64,000 bases of DNA from IMG/VR virus record IMGVR_UViG_3300032290_001644, positions 1 through 64,000 of that record. One strand, written 5' to 3'. The translations under genes were made by a program, and so were the position numbers. This stretch comes from a virus. Its lineage: Duplodnaviria > Caudoviricetes. Under the pieces are notes generated by a model, which saw only the letters and a program-made list of their open reading frames with translations, had not been told where the DNA came from and ran no database searches. This document shows, one piece after another, positions 57,754-64,000 of the stretch. Every line of letters begins with the position of its first letter. Positions within the stretch are counted from its first letter, which is position 1.

Positions 57754-59142
57754 TTATGCTCCTACTCTGATCGTAATACTTTCAGATTTAATTCGTGTTG
57801 GGGAAGAGGTTTGAGGCTCGATATTTTGTAGCGGTGAGCCGTCTGCATTGATAAAGGCAATGTCTAGCACACCGTCAATATCCATGCACCTATTAACAAG
57901 TTGTGAGATATAAAGTGTGTCAGTAGGTGCTAAAGAATTGATATAGGCAACCAAAGCTTGAATAACCGCTGATTGTACGATAGAGGCTGAATATGTTGGC
58001 TTGATCTTGAGATTGAGTAGAAGAGAGATAAGGGTAGGGGTAATCGCTTTAACTACCACTCTTGTGCCTGCTGCTCTAAATCCAGTCATCCTTGTTGGCT
58101 CATCTAAATCACCTTCGATTTCTCTTTGGATTTCAGCAATGATACCCGTATAAACTCTATAAGGTGAGCTTTCCCCAATTGTCCACTCATCACCAGCTTC
58201 TAGACCTTGCACATATACAATCCCTCGTTCTGGTAAAGAGATAATACGGCTTTGAGCTATTGCTTGACCATTCACACGAATTTGACTTGTTGTGATAGGT
58301 GCGGTTGCAGGTGCTTCATGATACAAGACTCTTTGACCGCCAACCGGTACAATACCCCCAACGGCTTTACCCACTCTTGAGCGAGTAGCAACGCTCATCT
58401 CCGCCGTACCATCATCAACAAACAATTCCGAATATGCTGGCTTATCCTCTGGCTCAACGAGTTTTGCATAGCGTAGTCTTTCCCCTGTACTACCAACAAA
58501 AGAGACTGCTAAAAATTCGATTGCTGCCTTTTGTGAGCGGGATAACGAGTTAATGTAGGTCTTTGCTCTAGCTCGTAAACTACTATCATCCTCTTCATCA
58601 AATCCATTGTTTAGAGCAATCGTATTCGTGCAAGTGAGAATGGTATCAGGTAAAGACTTGATCGTGTCAATTTCCCCTATTCCGCAATTCCCTAAACTAC
58701 CTGGTTGGCTAGCAACAACAAAAATACCTGAACGACTAGATGCTCCAGCAACCATGGTATAATCATCAATCGTGCGATATGTCATGCTAGTACGAGAACA
58801 AACAACCTCACTACCTGCTGGTATGACTAAATCACTGGTAGTATCATCCCTAGTCACTTCTAGCACGCCACCACTTGCATGACTGGCTTGTAATCGCCTC
58901 ACGGTCCCAAGTGGTAGCTCTCTGACTCTCTCATCTAGATCAATCCCTGAAACGGTATCCAAAAAGTACGACTCACGAATCGTCACTAGCTTTCGCTCAA
59001 CACTAGCAAGCTCTTGAGCAATCGCTGAATACATAGTGGTTAAGATTGATCCATTTGAGATATCATCAAGGCTTGTTCTACCTACCGTCATAGCGGTTAA
59101 ATCCCTTAGTATCTCTAAGGCTGATTTCGGTGTGTATGGCAT
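57754..59142 (-). CDS. Baseplate J-like wedge protein
   Basis: LDERV, IPAGSEV, GSLGNC, NGFDEEDDSSLRARAK. Confidence 0.9.
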   Translation of the reverse strand: MPYTPKSALEILRDLTAMTVGRTSLDDISNGSILTTMYSAIAQELASVERKLVTIRESYFLDTVSGIDLDERVRELPLGTVRRLQASHASGGVLEVTRDDTTSDLVIPAGSEVVCSRTSMTYRTIDDYTMVAGASSRSGIFVVASQPGSLGNCGIGEIDTIKSLPDTILTCTNTIALNNGFDEEDDSSLRARAKTYINSLSRSQKAAIEFLAVSFVGSTGERLRYAKLVEPEDKPAYSELFVDDGTAEMSVATRSRVGKAVGGIVPVGGQRVLYHEAPATAPITTSQIRVNGQAIAQSRIISLPERGIVYVQGLEAGDEWTIGESSPYRVYTGIIAEIQREIEGDLDEPTRMTGFRAAGTRVVVKAITPTLISLLLNLKIKPTYSASIVQSAVIQALVAYINSLAPTDTLYISQLVNRCMDIDGVLDIAFINADGSPLQNIEPQTSSPTRIKSESITIRVGA

Positions 59143-59152
59143 AATCTAAATC

Positions 59153-60913
59153 CTATATTGGTGCAATGAATGAGATATTATCACTATTCAAAGTTGTACG
59201 GCATGTTAAATCAACGGCCACGCCATCCCCGTCTACGATCAAAGAAATGCTCGGTACATCTAGAATACGGGTATCACTCAAGATTTGCTCTTTGATATCT
59301 ACCGCTAGATATGAGCTGACTCGATCAATATTTTTTGAGCCTATGATCTTTTGGATACCAAAGTTTGGGAAAAGTGTTAATTGTCCCTTCTCAGTAGTTA
59401 ACCTATAGGCAAGCGTTTGCTTGATTGCATCTAGACCAGAGACAAGCGAAAGATCATCCTTACCAAGTACAAGGTCTCCATCAACCAATTTCAAATCGCT
59501 TGTGAATTGTTGAGGAGCAAAGCTTGGTGTTGTCTCTTCGGTAGGTACTAGGATGATATCTCCAGCTTGGAGGATGGATCCATCTGCTTTAGTGTGAGCA
59601 TCAAGGCACGAATTGAGAGTAGCTAGCTTGATCCAATCAGATGGCGAATTGAGCAAATCGCTTGCGACCGTGAGCAGATTTTCACCTAATCTAAGGGTAT
59701 ATTCAAAAGTGGGGTATGGCTCTTGCTCTGTAGTAGGTATCGTATCAAAGCCTTGATTGAAGGCAGATAATTGCTTAAAACCTCTATCGGTTCTTAAAAA
59801 ACCTTTGGCTAAATCATCATTCTTTAGGATAGGTACAACATAACCTTGTAGTAGCTCCAAGGTATAAGCTAGATCCTCTAAATTTTGAGTGAGGATGAGC
59901 AAGTCAAGATCTATTGGTGTACCTTGTGAGAGATTAGGAATATTGCTATTTTTCCATTGTACTCGTATAGCATCCCCAAACGAAATCCCTTTGATTTCCC
60001 AGCTAGCTTGAGCAGTAGTACTCACACCAGTTGCTTCATCCTCACCATATGCTGACTTGATTTGCTTGATTGCATCCTTGATCGTATCAATAATTCCCCC
60101 CATCGTTCGCCAAGCATTTTTAAAATCGTTCTCTACGGTTACGGGTAGCAAGGCAACATTTTTGATTGCATTGCTCACCGAACTAACTACATTGCTTGCG
60201 TTTGTGGCCACATTGTTGGCAACCGCACCAAAGGCTCGAATTGCATTTGTGAGCTTTTCTACCTCTTTCACTACATCCATTATTTGATCGTACCAATTCT
60301 TTTCTGGTGGTACTGCTTGATCATATGCTTCTAAATCTAGTGTCCAATCGTATGAAAGCCTTGTACGATCAGCACGCCAACGCCTAACCTCAACCTTGGC
60401 GTTGACTTGCTCCTGTACCGCTCTAAAGACTAGTGTTGTTCGCTTGTCCTTTAGGAATGCGTCTAGCTCAGTATAATCAAAAAATAGCTTGTTTTTCTCT
60501 GATCTAGCTTGTTCCCCATACCCATGCAGGAAATCCCCAAACTCTTGCATGACTTGATCTGGTGTAAGAAAACCAATAATTCCATTGGCCTTACTTGCCA
60601 GTCTAGGACCAAGACCAATCTTACCCTTGATAGAGATGGTAGCCTTGCGAGGTGTACCTATCTGGCGAAATACCGATTGATCATCAAAAGTATATTCCAC
60701 TTTTGCAGGTGTTTCTCGCTCTATACTAAAGGCTTGAGGTTGTGATGGTAGTACCACCACTTTAACTCTCTTGCCTCCTTGATATAGCTCTAGATAGTAG
60801 TCAATCGGTAGGCGTACTACGGTATCTACTACATCCATCACTTGATCGATAACACTATTGATTTTGTCAAATATTCCCTTTTTCTCAACCTTGCCTTTGA
60901 TACCTAACTTCAT
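59153..60913 (-). CDS. Baseplate protein with LysM-like and gp25-like domains
   Basis: YTLRLGENLLTVA...WIKLATLN; C-terminal DLSLVSGLDAIKQ...GQLTLFPNFG...ILSDTRI. Confidence 0.7.
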   Translation of the reverse strand: MKLGIKGKVEKKGIFDKINSVIDQVMDVVDTVVRLPIDYYLELYQGGKRVKVVVLPSQPQAFSIERETPAKVEYTFDDQSVFRQIGTPRKATISIKGKIGLGPRLASKANGIIGFLTPDQVMQEFGDFLHGYGEQARSEKNKLFFDYTELDAFLKDKRTTLVFRAVQEQVNAKVEVRRWRADRTRLSYDWTLDLEAYDQAVPPEKNWYDQIMDVVKEVEKLTNAIRAFGAVANNVATNASNVVSSVSNAIKNVALLPVTVENDFKNAWRTMGGIIDTIKDAIKQIKSAYGEDEATGVSTTAQASWEIKGISFGDAIRVQWKNSNIPNLSQGTPIDLDLLILTQNLEDLAYTLELLQGYVVPILKNDDLAKGFLRTDRGFKQLSAFNQGFDTIPTTEQEPYPTFEYTLRLGENLLTVASDLLNSPSDWIKLATLNSCLDAHTKADGSILQAGDIILVPTEETTPSFAPQQFTSDLKLVDGDLVLGKDDLSLVSGLDAIKQTLAYRLTTEKGQLTLFPNFGIQKIIGSKNIDRVSSYLAVDIKEQILSDTRILDVPSISLIVDGDGVAVDLTCRTTLNSDNISFIAPI

Positions 60914-60922
60914 GTCATTCTC

Positions 60923-61615
60923 CTATGGTAGCTCTATGCGTTGGTTTAGTGTAGCAAGCAAAGCATCACGGACCTGATTTGTTGGTATATGCTGGGATAG
61001 ATTGCTAGCCGTGCTTTCAGTGATAGCCGTTGTGTATGAAGTAGCTTCCACTGGTGTGATGATGGAGGCACTTGCGAGACTGGTGATAATACCAAGTAGC
61101 ACGGAATTTTGAACGGTCAAATGAGTGATATAGAAATTCAATTCATTCATAAGAGCATTGATAAAGGCTTGTCCATTGATAGCTACATCACTTGTGCTTC
61201 CATCGTGGGAAATCCTAAGCTTGTTCAGTTGCATACGAATGATATCACTATCCAAAGTGAGACCATTGATACCAAGATTGATACTTGCTCTTGCATTTGA
61301 TAAATGCGTATCTAAATGACCTATACTATTTAAATCACTAGTGATAGGCTTGGTTGATATACCTAAACCGATGGACTGCCTATCTGGTACATCTGGGATA
61401 CATCCTAGTATGACGGGAATGAATTTTTGATCGTAAATAAGCACAACGATTGCACCCTCTATAATAGGTTGTACACTAAATCGAGTCTCGCTTCCCCCCC
61501 AGCTTAGTTGCCTGGCGTTGCTCACAATCAAGCCATCATCCATCTGAATTTGGTAGAGTATTTCCCCACTACCACTCTTTGAGATTGCTTGCACTTTACC
61601 TTTACAAATCTGCAT
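60923..61615 (-). CDS. Baseplate spike-like protein
   Basis: OB-fold-like N-terminus (PIIEGAIVVL...PVILG); position in operon. Confidence 0.6.
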   Translation of the reverse strand: MQICKGKVQAISKSGSGEILYQIQMDDGLIVSNARQLSWGGSETRFSVQPIIEGAIVVLIYDQKFIPVILGCIPDVPDRQSIGLGISTKPITSDLNSIGHLDTHLSNARASINLGINGLTLDSDIIRMQLNKLRISHDGSTSDVAINGQAFINALMNELNFYITHLTVQNSVLLGIITSLASASIITPVEATSYTTAITESTASNLSQHIPTNQVRDALLATLNQRIELP

Positions 61616-61616
61616 A

Positions 61617-63107
61617 CTATCCTCGCCTTTCGATTTGTGATTTAGGAATAGGATTGATAGCGGTTTTTTGATTGTTCTGGGGATAATCTTTCTTCACTTG
61701 CTTGGGGTAGAATAGAGGCAGCCTACTTTTACTACCTCGTTCAAAATGTAAATCTATCGAGCCTTCTTGGATACCGGAAGTGGATAGGCCTATCTTGTAT
61801 TCGATCTTTGTAATATATGCAGTAAAGCCTTGGCACGATACCCACTGACCTACCGTAAGAGCTTGTGTAAATGCTAATCCTAGCTTTACAATTCCCTTAC
61901 TATAATATGCTCCATCACCATATAAACAAAAACCTAATTCAGTCAATTTAGCACTAGTGAGCGGGGATGGATCCTCTACATAGAAATTTGTGATTACTTT
62001 GTGTGATATCCCAAACTCCTCAGCATCATCCTCATTCATGACGAGATGATTTAAGCTTTCCGCCAGTGAAAAAGCTATGCTTGAATTGCTTGCACTCACA
62101 CCATTGTATACGGAAACGGCGTTGATCATTTCATCATCATATGCATATGATATAGATAGGATTTGGTGAACGGGTATCTCAAGGTACTCGATCTTTGATC
62201 TATCACTTGTATCTTCAGTGAATGTAAGCTCCACCACTGGACGAGAAAGGATCCTCGTATCTCTCACTTTCTCAAGGGATTTTTTAGAGATATTGAATTT
62301 TGGTGGCAAAGGCTTGTACCTAAACACAATCGTTGGTACCGCTCCTAAAGCCTTGTAAAGTATTTTCTTTGATTGCTCAATCTTATAGTCTTCTTGGTAT
62401 GGTACAAGTAGGAAGAAAAACTCGACAAGCTCTGGCGTTTGTTGGAATATTGTCATGAATTTTTGAAGAGTCAGTAGCTTGTCATTGGGATTGACTAGAC
62501 CTTGCTTCAAAATTGAATACACTTTATTGTTGTCATTTGCATATTGAGCAAGTTGAGGCAAATGATAGCCTTGGACACCATCACAAATGTTGATTAGATC
62601 AGATACTTTCAAGCCTTGCTCGAATAAGGATTGGGGTACTTTGGCAAAGGCAAATTGATCAAGTGTATATTGCAAGATCTTAGCAAAATCGTTTTCTTGC
62701 CTTAGATACGCAGCATAAGTAGCTAGTACCTCACTTCTTACGGTTCCATAGAGAGTGGCAGAATTAGAGTGTACAATTTCAGAATTGAGCATCCTTGTGA
62801 AAATACTATCACATGTGAGTGAGCCAGTTGTGATTTCAAGGCCTGAAAAATCAAGTATCGTTTCAATTGAGATACTATCGATAAATCCCCAGTACAACAA
62901 CTGATCTAAATATTTGATCATGAGTTGCTTGCCTTTGAGAGCAAATTTGTCTCCATTTGTAAACAAGCTATCAATGCTTGTGCTAAACATTTGGATACTT
63001 AGTGTTGCCTTATTGCTGGTCAAATCGATTGCTTGACTGAATGAAATATCAGTAGTCAGCTTCGTGATGTCAATTCGTTGTTGTCCAATAATTTCTACTT
63101 TAATCAT
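61617..63107 (-). CDS. Baseplate hub-like protein
   Basis: Downstream of tape measure; size and order typical of myophages. Confidence 0.55.
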   Translation of the reverse strand: MIKVEIIGQQRIDITKLTTDISFSQAIDLTSNKATLSIQMFSTSIDSLFTNGDKFALKGKQLMIKYLDQLLYWGFIDSISIETILDFSGLEITTGSLTCDSIFTRMLNSEIVHSNSATLYGTVRSEVLATYAAYLRQENDFAKILQYTLDQFAFAKVPQSLFEQGLKVSDLINICDGVQGYHLPQLAQYANDNNKVYSILKQGLVNPNDKLLTLQKFMTIFQQTPELVEFFFLLVPYQEDYKIEQSKKILYKALGAVPTIVFRYKPLPPKFNISKKSLEKVRDTRILSRPVVELTFTEDTSDRSKIEYLEIPVHQILSISYAYDDEMINAVSVYNGVSASNSSIAFSLAESLNHLVMNEDDAEEFGISHKVITNFYVEDPSPLTSAKLTELGFCLYGDGAYYSKGIVKLGLAFTQALTVGQWVSCQGFTAYITKIEYKIGLSTSGIQEGSIDLHFERGSKSRLPLFYPKQVKKDYPQNNQKTAINPIPKSQIERRG

Positions 63108-64000
63108 AGCTTACTCCCCCCAAAGGCATCAGTAGGCTTTCGGTTTAATTCTTGTTTCATCTTTACGGGGTCTGGCTTGCCAAAACTGAATTTGTCGGTC
63201 AATTTTTCAACCGCTTCGATCGTCTTATTCATCACCTCCGCCAATGAATTTACCCCCTTTGAAAGAACGGTAAGACCGAGACTTAACGCTTGTGCTGCTG
63301 TCTCCCCCGTCTTCCCCAAGGCCTCATAATCTTGGGGGGTAGATATGCTTGTTTTTCTTACTCTTGTATCTGCTTGAATTGCTGAAATAATTGAGCCTGA
63401 ATTACCAAGAGCTGAATTGATAATTTGCATTTCTGCACTCGCTTGTGCTGATGCAATCCCACCTCTACCAATTGCACTAAAATCACCTTTGCCTTTACCT
63501 AGTAATAGTGGCAATTCCTTGAAGGCATCCATGATTTCTGGCGGGAGTGATTGACCCATAAAATTATATCTTGATAGTTGTAGTTGCTGGGATAAACTTA
63601 GATCCGGTCTTGATTTTATTGCATCCGCTTGCTGTTGTGCCAGCAGTAATCCAGCTTGTTGCGTTGATAGCTTGCGATTAAAAGTCTCAAGAGGATCAGA
63701 GGCAATAATACCTTTCTTGAGTGCATCCTCTTTTTGAATTTCACTAATGGTCTGCAATAAGCTTGTTCCCTTACTACTTGACTCACTGATCTTGCGTAGT
63801 AGCTCGGTTGTATTTGTACTCGCAAGTGATAGGTCTCCATTCATTCGGTCAGATAGCATCGTTTGGATTGAAGATAGACCTGATCGTCTTTGCTCTGGTG
63901 ATAAGTCTTGAGATAGTAGTGAGTTGACAACGGATACCCCTATATTCGCTTGCTTACCTATCGTTTCCCCTAGCTTTTGTACACTAGCAACCAAACCAGC
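63104..64000 (-). CDS. Tape measure protein, C-terminal part (open to window edge)
   Basis: A/S/Q/L-rich helical sequence upstream of the hub gene. Confidence 0.65.
   Translation of the reverse strand, partial: AGLVASVQKLGETIGKQANIGVSVVNSLLSQDLSPEQRRSGLSSIQTMLSDRMNGDLSLASTNTTELLRKISESSSKGTSLLQTISEIQKEDALKKGIIASDPLETFNRKLSTQQAGLLLAQQQADAIKSRPDLSLSQQLQLSRYNFMGQSLPPEIMDAFKELPLLLGKGKGDFSAIGRGGIASAQASAEMQIINSALGNSGSIISAIQADTRVRKTSISTPQDYEALGKTGETAAQALSLGLTVLSKGVNSLAEVMNKTIEAVEKLTDKFSFGKPDPVKMKQELNRKPTDAFGGSKL

Noticed and set aside
1-64000. Stop-codon reassignment, DGR or retron
   Set aside because: Long genes are intact under the standard code at high coding density, and no reverse transcriptase is present.

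Overview
The window is about 64 kb of a tailed dsDNA phage with a contractile-tail (myovirus-like) structural module; no host genes are evident. Left arm, minus strand: start of the major capsid gene (absent from the ORF track), scaffold/prohead protease, portal, dCMP deaminase, lytic transglycosylase, a degenerate ThyX paralogue and holin-like genes. Then a non-coding repeat element (A), tail fibre genes, terminase, SF2 helicase, Cas4-like nuclease, family A DNA polymerase, an intact ThyX (plus strand), an SSB-like gene and a primase-helicase. Next is an accessory block with two orphan HsdM-like m6A methyltransferases (one split, with two alternative C-terminal ORFs), a serine resolvase and an expanded family of tandem-HTH proteins. 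A second, inverted copy of the element (B) sits at the strand switch. The plus-strand block has RecU, a beta clamp, an SspD-like PAPS-reductase-family protein, a nucleoside deoxyribosyltransferase-like protein, intein-containing NrdA, NrdB, DUF550-like and Nmad1-like proteins and early genes. The right end holds an M15 endolysin, baseplate genes and the tape-measure C-terminus (minus strand). Best leads: (1) the ~400-bp inverted repeat pair 32 kb apart, built from TAATTA pairs spaced 21-22 bp; (2) a candidate nucleotide/backbone-modification set around the SspD-like gene; (3) the HsdS-less split methyltransferase beside tandem-HTH arrays; (4) a catalytically dead ThyX; (5) a tRNA-like cloverleaf between direct repeats. 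All family assignments come from motif recognition by eye, not database searches.
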